From an uncultured Spirochaetota bacterium (GTDB lineage: Bacteria > Spirochaetota > Spirochaetia > SZUA-6 > Fen-1364), in assembly GCA_963781885.1 (NCBI GenBank), contig CAWAHW010000007.1, positions 96,001 to 160,000 of the forward strand: 64,000 bases of DNA. The letters run 5' to 3'. Both the position numbers and the translations under genes were made by a program. The notes beneath the pieces are model-generated. The model saw only the letters and a list, made by a program, of their open reading frames with translations, searched no databases and was not told where the DNA came from. Positions 20,183-31,847 of this stretch are shown piece by piece; the first letter of the stretch is position 1, and each line of letters opens with the position of its first letter.

Positions 20183-22530
20183 ATGAAGAACGGGAAGAAG
20201 CGCGGCGTGACGCCGCGGCAGAAGCTTGCCTACACGCTCAGCACGGCGCGCGGCGTTCCGATCGAATACGACCTGCGGCCGTACCAGGCGTCGGTCCGGG
20301 CCATACGGGCGCTCGCGATGGAGAACGAAAGCGATGCATCGATTGGGAGAAGGGCGGAGGCGCTTCGCGTCCGGCTGCGCGGGGGAGGCGACCCGCAGGC
20401 CGAGCTGCGCGAATGTTTCGCCCTCGCGGCGGAGGCCTGCCGCCGCCGGTTGGGCATGCGGCCGTTCGACGGGCAGCTCGTGGCGGGGATTGCCCTGCAC
20501 GCCGGCAAGCTCGCCCAGATGCCCACGGGGGAGGGCAAGACGCTCGCCGCGGTTTTCCCCGCCTGTCTGGTCGCGCTTGGCGGCCTCCACGTGCACGTCC
20601 TCACCGCGAACGACTATCTGGCGGGAAGGGACGCGCAATGGATGGGGCCGATCTACGGGCTGCTCGGCGTGCGCGTCGCGTCGATCGCCGCGGATTTCTC
20701 GCCCGCTGAAAGGAGGGCGGCATATGGCGCCGAGGTGACCTACCTCACCGCGCGCGAAGCGGGCTTCGACTACCTCCGCGACGGCCTGTGCTTCTCACCG
20801 GCGGACCTTGTGCAAGGGAGCCGGGAACGGGCGATCGTCGACGAGGCGGACTTTCTCCTCATCGACGAGGCGAGGGTCCCGCTCGTGATCGCCGGTGAGG
20901 CGGACCTCGACGTGGCTGCCCCGCTCCGCGCGGATGAGGTGGCCCGCTTCATGCACCGCGGCCGCGACTACGACGTGGACCGGGAAGCCAGGCGCATCGC
21001 GCTTCTCCCCGCGGGGCATCGTGCCGTCGAGGCGGCATTCGGCGTCGCCGGCATCCACGAGGAGACAGGGGCGCTGTGCTTCGCGCGCGTCTACGCGGCG
21101 CTTCATGCCCGCGAGCTCCTGCAGCGCGACGTCGATTACGTCGTCAAGGACGGCGCCATCGGCCTGGTGGACGAGCTCACGGGCAGGATCGCCGATCGGC
21201 GCCAGTGGCCCTGGGGGATCCAGGCAGCGCTGGAGGCGCGCGAGGGCCTTTCTCTCCGGGTCGAAGGCACGGTGTACGGGAGCATCACCATCCAGCACTT
21301 CATGGGGCTCTACGACTCCATCGCCGCCATGACCGCGACCGCCGTTCCCTCTGCCGTCGAGCTTTTCGAGGTCTATGGCCTTTCGACGGTGATCGTGCCG
21401 GCGGAGAAGCCGCTCCGCCGCATCGATGAGCCCGACGTCGTCTGCGCCACGCGCGCCGAAAAGACCGCGGCGCTCGGGCGGGAGATTGTCCGCTCCCACG
21501 CGGAAGGCCGTCCCGTGCTCGTGGGCACCGCATCGGTGCGCGAGTCGCGCGAGCTTGCGGAGCTGCTGCGCGCGGCGGGAGTCGCCTGCGACGTGCTCAA
21601 CGCAGCGGATGACGCGCGCGAGGCGGAGCTGATCGCGCGCGCCGGCGCCGGGGCGCCGTGACGATATCCACGAACATGGCCGGACGCGGAACGGACATCC
21701 GTCTCGACGCGGACCCGGCCGTCCTGGCCGCGGGGGGGCTCCTGGTGATCGGCACGAACCGGCACGAGAGCAGGCGCGTGGACGACCAGCTGCGCGGCCG
21801 GGCGGGCCGTCAGGGCGAGCCGGGCGCGTCGCGGTTCTTCGTGAGCCTCGAGGACCCGCTTTTCGAGCGCTACGGCGTGCGCGATTTCCTGCCGCGCGGC
21901 TGCCCGCTTTCGGACCCGCGCGTGCTGCGCGAGATCGACCGGGCGCAATCGATCATCGAGGCCCGTCACCATTCCATCCGCCGGTTGCTGCGCAAGTATT
22001 CCGCTCTCGTGGAGATGGACAGGCGTCACGTGCGCACGCTCCGCGACGCGGCGGTGCAGGAGGGCGCGCTCCCCGACGGCGTCGAACGGAGCCTGTCGAC
22101 CCCGGATGCCAGGCCTGCGGCGGTGGCGGCGTGGATCGCGCTCCTGGACTCGTTCTGGTCGGATCATCTCCTGCTGGTGGAGGAGGTGCGCGAAGGGATA
22201 CACCTCGAGCGCTACGCGGGACGCGACCCCGGCCTGGAGTATATTCACAGGGTCGGGGGGGCATTCGATCGGGGGCTTGCCGCCGTCGAGGAGAAGCTTT
22301 CCGCGGCGTGCGCCCGACTTGCCGACGATCCAGACGCCCTGGGCTTCCCGAGCATGGGAATCCGCGTTCCTTCGAGCACCTGGACCTACCAGGTCGACGA
22401 CGAGGTGCCCGTCCGGTTTTCCATCGCGGCAGATCTGGGCGGGATGGGCGCCGCACTGGCCGCCGGCCCGATCATGATCATCGAGAGGGTGGCGCGCGCA
22501 ATCAAGGAAGCGCGCGAGCGGCGCCGGTGA
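20183..22530 (+). CDS. secA2: Short accessory SecA (SecA2-like) translocase ATPase, frameshift at ~21650
   Basis: [66 protein letters not shown]; about 780 aa with no C-terminal Zn-binding motif. Confidence 0.88.
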
Positions 22531-22562
22531 CAAAGCGTCCGCGGCCTATGGAAGAAGGCATT

Positions 22563-25500
22563 CTACCCCGATTTTTCCGGCGAGGGTGGAAGCGCCAGGA
22601 CCAGCCGCACCGTTTCGCAGAGGCGCTCGGCCGTGTACGGCTTCATGAGGAGGGCCTTGACCTCCTGCGCCGAGCTGCGGACCCATTCCTCGTCGATGAG
22701 GCCCGACGACAGGATGATGCGGACGTCGGGGTCAATCCGTTTCAGGATGCGGGCGGCTTCGATCCCGCTCATCTCGGGCATCGACATGTCGAGCACCACG
22801 GCACTGATGCTCCCGGCCGCCATCCGAAAGCGCTCGATGCCTTGCTCCGCGCTGACGGCCGTGATCACCCGGTAACCGCCGCGCTCGAGGATGCGCTCCG
22901 CGAGGCGGAGGATGGTCCGCTCGTCGTCGATCACGAGGATTGTCCCCGTGCCCGCGGGAGTCGCCGGCGCCTCCGCCCGTTCCCCCTCGCCGGACGCGTC
23001 CGCCTCGATCTCGGGGAGGTAGATGTCGAAGCTCGTGCCGATCCCGGGCGAGGAGAACACGCTGATGAACCCCCCGAGCTGCCGCACCGTGCCATCGGTC
23101 ATGGAGAGACCCAGGCCCGTGCCCACGTTCGCGCCCTTCGTGGTGAAGAAGGGCTCGAAGATGCGGCGGCGCGTCTCCTCGTTCATCCCGACGCCGGTGT
23201 CGGTGATCGACATGCGCACGTAGCGCGGCGCGCTGCCCGCCTCGGGTACGGTTTTCCGCAGCTCCGCGCTGTTCTCCACGCGCATGCATTCGATGAGGAG
23301 CGTTCCGCCCTGGCGCGCATCAGGCGCCCGCATGATCGTCATCGCGTGCATCGCATTGAGGCAGACGTTCAGGAGCGCCTGTTCCAGGCGCGAGGGCTCG
23401 GCGCGCACCCACATCCGCTCCTCGGTATGGCCGACCTCGATCACGACGCTCTTGGGAAAGCCGTTGCGGCAAAGGGCTTCGACGCTCCGCAGGCACGCAT
23501 TCACGTCCACGGCGGCAAGCTCCATCTCCTGTTTGCGGCCGATCGCCAGGAGCTGCTTGATCAGGGCCGCCGCCCTTGAGGCCGCCTGGAGCGCCGTGTC
23601 CAGGCACTCCATTGCCTCTTCGGTCTGGCCGATGCTCTCCGTCGACAGGATGGCTCGCAGGAGGCTCAGGCTGCCGGTGATACCGACGAGGATGTTGTTG
23701 AAGTCGTGGGCGATGCCGCTCGTGAGGGTGCCGATGGCCTCCATCTTCTGCGCGTGGAAGAGCTTCGCCTCGATGCGCTTGTTCTCCTCCTCCGCCCGCA
23801 CGCCCTCGGTCACGTCCTGCGCAATGGCGGCGAAGCGCTTGCCCCGCGCCGTGCGCACCGCGAAGGACACCTGGCGCGCGATGATGCGGCTCCCGTCGGC
23901 CCGCTCCATCTCGACCTGCGCCGGCGGCGCGGTGCCGGGGCCCTCCCGGCGCATCGTTTCCCAGAGATGCCCGCGGAGCGCCGCCACGCCGGAAGGCGTC
24001 CTGCGCTCGCGCGGCAGCAGCCGCACCATCATGTCCACGTAGCGCGCGCCCACCGCCTCGCCCCGGGGAATCAGCGTCATCTGCTCCGCCGCGGGGTTCC
24101 ATTCGACGATGCGCCCATCCTCGTCGGTCATGGTGACCGCATCCAGCGTCTGTTCGAAGAAAGCGCGCAGGCGTTCCTCGCTGTCGGCCACGGCGCGTTC
24201 GGCGATCCGACGCTCGGTGATGTCGCGCGCGATGCCCTGCGTGCCCACGAACGCCTTTTTTCCCGACTGCGCGTCGGCGACGTAGAGGCCCTCCGCCTGG
24301 ACGAGAAAGACGGGAAGGGGAGAGACGGTAGCGGCGGCAGCCGTTTCTCCCCGCGTCTCCGCGGCGAACAGGCGGAGCTCGAGGGAACGGGTGCTGCGTG
24401 GGCCGGTCCGCCGCTCGTTCAGCCGATAGACCGCGTTGCGGCGATCGTCGGGGTGGACGTAATCGAGGATCGGCCGTCCCAGCATCTGGACCGGGTCGTG
24501 ACCGTAGCGGCGCACCGCGTCGTTCACGAACGTGATGGCCCCTGCGCGGTCCAGGCGATAGATGATGTCGTAGGCGGAGAACAGGATGGAGGCGATCTCC
24601 TTCTGCGACTGCGCGAGCGCGCTGCGCGCCTGCTCCAGCGCCCTGTTCTGCGCCACTGCCTGCGCCGCCTGCTCCCGGATCTTTTCCTCCGCGTCCACGA
24701 GCGCCGTGATGTCCCGGCTCTCCGCGACCATGAACTCCACGCTTCCGCGGGCGCCCCGCACGGGGGACAGGGAGAAGGCGAATGTCCGTATGCTCCCGTC
24801 CCTGGCGGCGTGGCGCGACTGCCGTTGCACCGACTCGCCGTTGCGGACGCGCGCCACGGCCTTTTTAAGGGCCGCCTGCTCCTCGGGAAGGCTGCTCCAC
24901 ACGGGAAGACTCCACGCCGGGGTCCCCTTCATCTCCGCGAGACTGGCCCCCGCGAAACGCAGCGCAGCCGCATTTGCCGAGATGACCCGTCCCTCCGTGT
25001 CCCAGAGCCCGATGAGCTGGACGGTGCTGTCGAAGATGGCGGCGAGCCTCCTCTCGGTCCGGTCGACGCGGTCGGAAAGAGCCGCCGTGTTGGCCATCTC
25101 GTCGGCGGCGCGTACGCCGAGGATCACGAGCGTCGCGGTGAGCGCCGTTTCCCGAAGGGGCAGCGAGCGCAGGTGGAAGGCGATCAGCGCCGCGTCGTGC
25201 ATCGTCGCGAGGAAGAGCACGAGAAAGGCCGCCAGGGCGCGCCAGGCGGGGGCCTTGTCGGCGCGGGAAAGCTGCCGGCAGGCCATCGCGAATAGGGCAA
25301 CGAACATGCCAAGCACGAGCGCGGCGAATGCATACCCGGCGACGCCATAGTCCCCGTCGAGCATCGACAGCCGTTCTCCCCAGGGGAGCTGCAAGGCGAC
25401 GATGCCCCTGACGGTGCGGTAGACGAGCGAAGGGGAGATGAGCTGCCCGATGCCGAGCGCGGTGAAGCACGCGCCGAATGGCAGGAGAAGACGCGGGAGG

Positions 25501-25775
25501 CGGATCCTCGTGGGTAGCGCAAAAAGCCAGAGCAGGCAGAGGCAGAAACCCTCGGTCGCGAACATCTGCAGCCGGCCGAGGGCGAGAGAGCCGGCGGCGC
25601 TCGCGGCCTGGTAGAGCGCGATGCTGAATATAATGGAGGCAACGAGCAGGAACGACGCAAGGGCGAGCGCGCCGGAATCAGCCCTGCGCGCCCGCAATGC
25701 GAGCTGCGCCTGATAGACCCCTGAGATGAAGCTGATGCCCGCCAGGGCGCTGAGATACATGAGAAAGGGAGACAT
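22563..25775 (-). CDS. Membrane hybrid histidine kinase (multi-TM sensor, three PAS, HisKA, HATPase, REC)
   Basis: About 7 N-terminal TM helices, PAS/PAC ends (RDIT, QDVT), GIAHDFNN, GTGLGL and a receiver domain. Confidence 0.92.
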   Translation of the reverse strand: MSPFLMYLSALAGISFISGVYQAQLALRARRADSGALALASFLLVASIIFSIALYQAASAAGSLALGRLQMFATEGFCLCLLWLFALPTRIRLPRLLLPFGACFTALGIGQLISPSLVYRTVRGIVALQLPWGERLSMLDGDYGVAGYAFAALVLGMFVALFAMACRQLSRADKAPAWRALAAFLVLFLATMHDAALIAFHLRSLPLRETALTATLVILGVRAADEMANTAALSDRVDRTERRLAAIFDSTVQLIGLWDTEGRVISANAAALRFAGASLAEMKGTPAWSLPVWSSLPEEQAALKKAVARVRNGESVQRQSRHAARDGSIRTFAFSLSPVRGARGSVEFMVAESRDITALVDAEEKIREQAAQAVAQNRALEQARSALAQSQKEIASILFSAYDIIYRLDRAGAITFVNDAVRRYGHDPVQMLGRPILDYVHPDDRRNAVYRLNERRTGPRSTRSLELRLFAAETRGETAAAATVSPLPVFLVQAEGLYVADAQSGKKAFVGTQGIARDITERRIAERAVADSEERLRAFFEQTLDAVTMTDEDGRIVEWNPAAEQMTLIPRGEAVGARYVDMMVRLLPRERRTPSGVAALRGHLWETMRREGPGTAPPAQVEMERADGSRIIARQVSFAVRTARGKRFAAIAQDVTEGVRAEEENKRIEAKLFHAQKMEAIGTLTSGIAHDFNNILVGITGSLSLLRAILSTESIGQTEEAMECLDTALQAASRAAALIKQLLAIGRKQEMELAAVDVNACLRSVEALCRNGFPKSVVIEVGHTEERMWVRAEPSRLEQALLNVCLNAMHAMTIMRAPDARQGGTLLIECMRVENSAELRKTVPEAGSAPRYVRMSITDTGVGMNEETRRRIFEPFFTTKGANVGTGLGLSMTDGTVRQLGGFISVFSSPGIGTSFDIYLPEIEADASGEGERAEAPATPAGTGTILVIDDERTILRLAERILERGGYRVITAVSAEQGIERFRMAAGSISAVVLDMSMPEMSGIEAARILKRIDPDVRIILSSGLIDEEWVRSSAQEVKALLMKPYTAERLCETVRLVLALPPSPEKSG

Positions 25776-25803
25776 ACCTTCCGGGTGGCCTACTATACCG
25801 TAC

Positions 25804-28639
25804 TCATGCCTTCTGGAGCCAGCCCGTCCCGCAGATGCCGGTGAAAGGACAGCGCGGGCAGGCCGCCTTCAAGTCCGCGGCGGGCAAGAAAGGGACATCG
25901 GGTGAGACGATCTCGGCGAGCAGCCCGTGTATCACCCCTTCCAGGAGAGGCCAGCCGGTCTCTGCCTCCTGGGGTGATGCGAACAGGGGGAGCTCGATCT
26001 GGTCGTCCATCTCCGTCCTGCCCAGGAGCAGGAACATCGCCGTCACCTCGGCGGGATTCCTCCCTGTCTCCGCCGCATGGAGGAGCACGTACAGGGGGAG
26101 CTGGAGCGTCGGGATGGCAAGGCCCCAGGTGGTGCGATCGCCCGGCACGAGCTTCTTCATCCTGATGGCGTAGGCGCCGCGGTGCGCCGAGGTCTTGTAG
26201 TCGACGAGCACCGGCCGCCCGTCCCTGCTCTCCACGGCGTCCAGCCTGCCGCGCAGCTTGAAATCACCCGTCGATGCGGCGGTCGTGTGCTCCAGCGATG
26301 CGATCGTCACCGCGTGTTTCCGCAGGAGCCCGGCCATGTAGCCGGTAAGGAAAGCGGCGAGATGCCCGCGTATCTGGTCCCTCAGGAGACGGTTGCCGCC
26401 GGAGTCCGCGGAGCCGAAACGCTTTTCGAACATCACGTCCACCAGGTGCGTCATGGCCGCGGCATCCAGGTCCTCGGCCGTCAGGGGGCGGCCCGTGCGG
26501 GGGGAGAAATAACGGAACAGAACGTCGTGGACGAAGATGCCGACGTCCACGGCCTCCACGTCCCCCGTGTTCTCCTCCCGCTCGCCCAGGTCGAGCACCG
26601 TCTGGTAGTAGAAACGCAGGGGGCACCGCAGGTAGGCATCGAGTGAGGTCGCACTGTAGGTGCGCGCACGCAGCCACGCCACAACGGCGGGAGTCTTCGC
26701 GATGGGCGTCGGGGGGGCGTGGGCCAGGGTGACGCGATACTGGATGGGCTGGACGAACGCCGCTTCCTCCACGGTTGATTCCGCCTTCTGCCTATCCCAG
26801 AGCAGGCGCTCCACGAAACGCGACCTTTCCGCGTCGCCGCTCGTCCTCGAATAGAGGTGCAGCTCCCGCGCCCCCGCCGTCATGAGCGCGAAGTGATACG
26901 CGGCGATATCCTCCCTGTCCTGGTACGTGGAGAGTCCGAGTGACTTCCGCACGCCAAAGGGCAGGAGCGAGCTCTCGGCGCCGGTCTCGGGAAGGCTTCC
27001 CTCGTTGGCGTCGAGGATGAAGATCCGGTCGAACAGGAGATTGCGCGTCTCCAGGGCGCCGAGCACCTGCAGCCCGTGCAGGGGAGTCCCGGGAAAGGGG
27101 AGGTAGCAGGCGGCCAGGTACCGGCGCAGGAGCAGGAAGTAGCTTCCCGTGTCGGTGAAGGATTTCTCCGCCATGAGCGACCGCGCGATCGCTTCCAGCG
27201 ATCGCACGAATGCTTCCGAGAAGGGCGTGAAGTAGGGATGATCGCGCGCCGTGCTCTGGTCGTGCACCCAGGAGATGAGCGAGATGCAGCGTTCCGCGAA
27301 GACGCGCACGCGGGGAAAGGAGCGGAAGCTGCGGATCGTCCGCTCGTGGATGTCGGCGAGGTGCGCGCGGAGCGCCCGCGCGGCGGCGGCCGCGTCCCCC
27401 TCGGCCAATCTCCCGGCGGCATCGTCGAACAGCGCGCTGTCGGATTCGATTTCTTCCAGCGTCGCGAACCGTCTCGTCCGCTCCGCCGCGAGCCTCTCTT
27501 CCAGGGTGTGGAAAAGGACGCGCGTCGCTTCCGCCGACTGCCCGAGGCGTATGTTTTTCACGTAGGGATGCAGCGCAAAGGCAAGGTACGCCGGGCAGGT
27601 AGACACGCTCCCCGTCCATTGTGCCGACCAGCTCCATGAGATCGTTCAGGAATCCATAGAGCGGCGTCCTCTGGAGCGGGTAGGGAAGCGAGACATTGTA
27701 GCTTTCGGGCTCGAAACGGGACAGGCAGTGGCGCAGGAGGGGGAAAAGCGTGTCAGGCCGGGGAAGGACGATCAGCGTTCCGTCGTCCGGCCCCGAGAGC
27801 GCGGCGTTCACCGCGAAAACCTGGCCATGCGTGTCCGGGCTGCTGAAAAACCGGGTCGCGAGGCTCCTCGGGGCTTCCGCCTCCGCCGCGCGGGGGGGAA
27901 GGCCGAAGTCCTTCATCGTCTCGCGCAGGAGCGGGCCCTCCTGGAGCACCATCGCCACCGCCGGCCAAGCGCCCAGGACCCGGAGGAGGCGGCGCTCGGC
28001 ATTGGTGAGCGCGCAGAAGCCGGCGAGGATGATCGGCCCTGTCCCGGGAAGATCGTCGGGGCCCAGACGCTCTCCCGCCTCCCGGTAGCGCATCGAGCGG
28101 GTCGAAAGCTCCTGTTCTGCCACCACCCGGTAGAACGCGGCATAGAAACGGGCCATGCCGAGCAGGCGCTCCCGGGAGCCGGCAGGCACCTCCTCTTCCA
28201 CGAGGGGCTGGACGTCGGCCACGGCGCGCTCAGCGACACCCTCGATGAGGAGCTCCTCCAGGTCTCCGTAGATCCGTGTTCCCAGCGAGAAGAAGCTGTC
28301 GAGGGTCATGAAGTTGGTGCCGCCGAGGGGATGCGGCGATGAAAGCTGGATGTCGTAGAGGATCGCCACCGCGTCGAGAAGCTCCAGCCGCGGCAGAAGC
28401 CTGCCCCGGCGCTCCTCCTGGCGCTCGAAGACATCGTCCACGAGCTCGTCCATCGACTGGATGACCGGCGGGATGAAGCTCCCCCCGGCATTCCGGGCGA
28501 GCCGTCGGCGGAGGAAGTGGGCGGGGCGCTTGCCGGGGAACACGACGCGCGCCTCGGCGAGCGGCGTTCCCGGCTGCTCCAGCATCAGCGCCACCTCGTC
28601 GATGAGAGACGCGCCGGCCGCAAGCACGGTGATGCTCAC
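25804..28639 (-). CDS. addB: AddB-like PD-(D/E)XK nuclease subunit, frameshift at ~27592
   Basis: GLQVLG.LETRNL, SATSL..YLRCP, GRLD..E...LVDYKT, QLPLY and C-terminal CPRCPF..IC (Fe-S staple); N-terminal half lies in ORF 26792..28639. Confidence 0.85.
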
Positions 28640-31600
28640 GCCACCCTCCGCACGATGCCCCGATCGACATAGGCAAGGAGCGCGCCAATCGGCACGGCGG
28701 GATAGACGCCGGCGAGCACGTGCACATAGTCGCGGATTTGCGCCTCGTGCTCCCCGGGGTTCTCCGCTCCCGTCTTCCAGTCGATGACCGTCACCCCCTC
28801 GGCATCACACACGACCCGGTCCATCCGCACCAGCCGGCCCGTCGCGTCGCAGAACTCCTTTTCGACGAACGCGGTCCGGCCCGGTCGACGCGCAAAATAG
28901 CCCGCCAGCTCGGAGCCTTCGATCATGGCGGAAAGCTGCGCGGCGAGCTCCCGCGCCGTCGCGGGGTCGCTCCGCGTCTCGCGCGCCGCGCGTCGGCCGG
29001 CCGCCATGAGCGCTTCGCGGATGTCATCGGGCGCCTGCCCCAGGAGCTGCAGCATCCGGTGCACGAGCTCGCCGCGCAGCCTCTCCTCCCGGCCGAGGCT
29101 TCCGCCCTGAAAGGCGATGGCAACGGGACGGGCGGCGTGGGAGAGCGTCGCGACCGTCTCCCGGCGGGGGGACGCGCGGGCGATCGGTCCCTTGTCCGCG
29201 CACGGTGCGAAGCCGTCGACGGGAATGATGTCGAACGGGTACGTGTCCCGGTCCCTCTTCACGCCGATGACGTAGGTCTCGCGGAGAGCGCGGGTGAGCG
29301 TGACGTACAGCCCATTGAGCCGGTTCACTTTCTCTTTCATGACCTCCTGGTCGTACAGCGCCTGGAGCGTGGGGTCCTTTGCGGCAATGTCGCGGCTTAT
29401 CTTCACCATGCGCCGCGCGCCGTCTTCTTCCAGGATGGTATGGCTGAAGCCCCTGCTGGATTCCCCGTAGAGGAGGGCCACCACGACGGGAAAGCCGAGA
29501 CCCTTTGCCTTGTGCACCGTCATGGCCCGCACGGATTGCGCGCTCCCCGGCACGTCGATTGTCCAGATGCTCTCGTCGCCCCCGGCCTTGGAGAGGAAAT
29601 CCCGCAGGCTGTTTGCCCCCGAGCCTTCGAAGTCTTTGACCGCCTCCAGAAGCTTTGCCAGCGTCGCCTCTTCCTCGCCCGCGCGCGCGAAGACGGCGAA
29701 ACGCACGGAGATCTCGCTCACGAGATCGTACAGCGGAAGATACCCGGCGGACCGGAAGAGCCCCGCGAAACATTCCTTCCAGAGCGCGGGGAAGGCCTTC
29801 TGGAAGGACTTGTAGAGCGGGCGCTCGCCTCGCGCGTGAAAGAGGAATTCCCGCACGCGCTCCGTCTCGTCGGTGGCGCCCCGGGCGGCGAGCGTCCGGC
29901 AGAAGAGCTCACCGAGGATGAACGTGGCGAAGGAAAGGTCGTCGGGGGGGGAGTCGAGAAACGAAAGCAGGGCGAGGATCTCCTGCGCCAGCCGCCTGCC
30001 GCGCACGTCGAGATTGCTGAAGGAGATGAAGGGGATGCCCGCCTCGTTGAGCCACGACGTGGCCCGCACGATGTGCTCGTTCTTTGTCGCCAGGAGCGCG
30101 ATGTCCCCCCATCCGTAGCCGCGGCCGGAGAGCTCACGCATCACCGCGAGCAGCTTGTCCTTCTCCGGCGGCTGCTCGTCGTCGCGGGGAAGCACGACGA
30201 CCTCGGCGTAACCGGGGTCGTCCCCGGGGAGCGGTCGCTGGGTCCAGGAGTCCAGCCCGCTCCGGCGGACAGCCTCGCGGTACGCCGGCATTGCGGCGGC
30301 GTTGCGCATGAAGACGGCTTCCGCAAGGGCAAGCACGCGCGGCCTGCTGCGCCGATTCGTGTCCAGCTCCAGGAGGAGATGCTCCGCGGACGGGAAGGGG
30401 TTTTCCGCCTCCAGCGACTTCATGATCCTGTAGTCGGCCTGTCGGAACCCGTAGATGGCCTGCTTGGTGTCCCCGACGGCAAAGAGGCTGCCGCCCGAGG
30501 CGAGCGAGTTTTCCAGCAAGGGAAAGAGGGTGCGCCACTGCAGCGGCGACGTGTCCTGGAACTCGTCGATGAGAAAGTGCCACACCCGCTCGCCGATGCG
30601 GAAGTAGATGTCGGGCACGATGTCGCGCGACAGGAAATCGCCCAGCCTCCGGCCGATGTCGCCGATGAAGACGGCTGCCTGCGCGCGCTTCACCTTCTCC
30701 AGCGTGGCCTCCATCTCCGCGTACACCCGCAGCGCCGACTCGTGGAAGGAGCGCGCCCAGCAGCCGACATAGGCGGAGACCGCCGTCTCCACGTCCGCCC
30801 AGGCCGCCTCGACCTGCTCGAAGCCGGCGCGCGCGCCCGGGTCCCGCAAGGGCGGCTTCTTCACCGGCAGCGTCAAACCGCGTCCGATCAGGTCGCTGAA
30901 GCGCCCCGCGCGCGCCCGGGCGAGCAGGTCGGGAAAGGGCGAACGGCCGCGGTACGCAAGACCGGAGGCTGCCGTGAGTGCCTCCACCCGCTGGAGGGCG
31001 GCGAGGACCCGCGCCTCGCGGGCACGAAGGTGCGCCAGCGCATCCCCCGGCGCGAGGGGAGCATCGAGGGAAGCGCTGCGGGCGTCGATTCCCTTGATTT
31101 CGGCGAGAAGAGGCGCGACGGGGTCCCAGTGATACACGTCCGCGCTTGCCTTGAAGCTGAGCGCGTCGCGCACGGCCTCATCGATCACGCGCGCGCGGGT
31201 GCTCCCCGGCGGGGCGTCCCGCAGGAAGAGGCTGAACGCATAGTCCAGGAGGGGCGCGGGATCGAGCAGGATCTCGAACTCGGGGCTGAACCCGAAGTCC
31301 AGCGCCGAGGCGCGAAAGACCGTGGACATGAAGCTGTCGATCGTCTGCACCTGGAAGTCCGTGTAGCGGTCGAGGATCCTGTCCACCAGGGCGCCGGCCC
31401 CGCGCGCGGCGCGCGCGTCGAAACCCGCGATGACGGCCTCCATGTCTGCAAGCCTTTCGGGGTCGCCGAAGGAGAGCTTCTTGAGCCACTGAAGGACCTT
31501 GTCGCGCATGTCGCGCGCGGCATTGTGGGAAAAGGTGATGGCGAGGATGCCGCGCAGATCGTTGTGGGGCACCCGACGCGAGAGGAGGAACTGGACGAAG

Positions 31601-31698
31601 CGCTGCGTGAGCGCGTAGGTCTTTCCCGACCCCGCGGAGGCCTTGAGGACGGTCACACTCGGGAGCGAGAGCTGCGTGTCCCCAGGTATCGCGGGCAT
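28636..31698 (-). CDS. addA: AddA-like UvrD helicase/nuclease
   Basis: ASAGSGKT, TIDSF, IDEFQDTS..QW, VGD.KQAIYGFR, TVHKAKGL.F and C-terminal DR...IDWKTG nuclease motif. Confidence 0.92.
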   Translation of the reverse strand: MPAIPGDTQLSLPSVTVLKASAGSGKTYALTQRFVQFLLSRRVPHNDLRGILAITFSHNAARDMRDKVLQWLKKLSFGDPERLADMEAVIAGFDARAARGAGALVDRILDRYTDFQVQTIDSFMSTVFRASALDFGFSPEFEILLDPAPLLDYAFSLFLRDAPPGSTRARVIDEAVRDALSFKASADVYHWDPVAPLLAEIKGIDARSASLDAPLAPGDALAHLRAREARVLAALQRVEALTAASGLAYRGRSPFPDLLARARAGRFSDLIGRGLTLPVKKPPLRDPGARAGFEQVEAAWADVETAVSAYVGCWARSFHESALRVYAEMEATLEKVKRAQAAVFIGDIGRRLGDFLSRDIVPDIYFRIGERVWHFLIDEFQDTSPLQWRTLFPLLENSLASGGSLFAVGDTKQAIYGFRQADYRIMKSLEAENPFPSAEHLLLELDTNRRSRPRVLALAEAVFMRNAAAMPAYREAVRRSGLDSWTQRPLPGDDPGYAEVVVLPRDDEQPPEKDKLLAVMRELSGRGYGWGDIALLATKNEHIVRATSWLNEAGIPFISFSNLDVRGRRLAQEILALLSFLDSPPDDLSFATFILGELFCRTLAARGATDETERVREFLFHARGERPLYKSFQKAFPALWKECFAGLFRSAGYLPLYDLVSEISVRFAVFARAGEEEATLAKLLEAVKDFEGSGANSLRDFLSKAGGDESIWTIDVPGSAQSVRAMTVHKAKGLGFPVVVALLYGESSRGFSHTILEEDGARRMVKISRDIAAKDPTLQALYDQEVMKEKVNRLNGLYVTLTRALRETYVIGVKRDRDTYPFDIIPVDGFAPCADKGPIARASPRRETVATLSHAARPVAIAFQGGSLGREERLRGELVHRMLQLLGQAPDDIREALMAAGRRAARETRSDPATARELAAQLSAMIEGSELAGYFARRPGRTAFVEKEFCDATGRLVRMDRVVCDAEGVTVIDWKTGAENPGEHEAQIRDYVHVLAGVYPAVPIGALLAYVDRGIVRRVA

Positions 31699-31847
31699 GC
31701 CGCCGGATAGTAGCCTCCGCGCCGCCCGTTGACAAGCAGAAGCCGTGCGACGCCTGCACGCACTTGAATTCGAGCCTCTTTCCGCGCACATTGAGATCAA
31801 ATAGCTGCGTGCTTTCCGCGGTGCGATCTACAAGAAGGAGCGATGCG

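Noticed and set aside
21640-21665. Programmed frameshift or genuinely split secA, addB or GH38
   Set aside because: No canonical slippery heptamer, and the same indel pattern affects many unrelated genes.
28720-31710. Long antisense ORFs (e.g. 996 aa here; also 46479-48362 and 48534-50771)
   Set aside because: Shadow frames of high-GC genes on the opposite strand, with no motifs.
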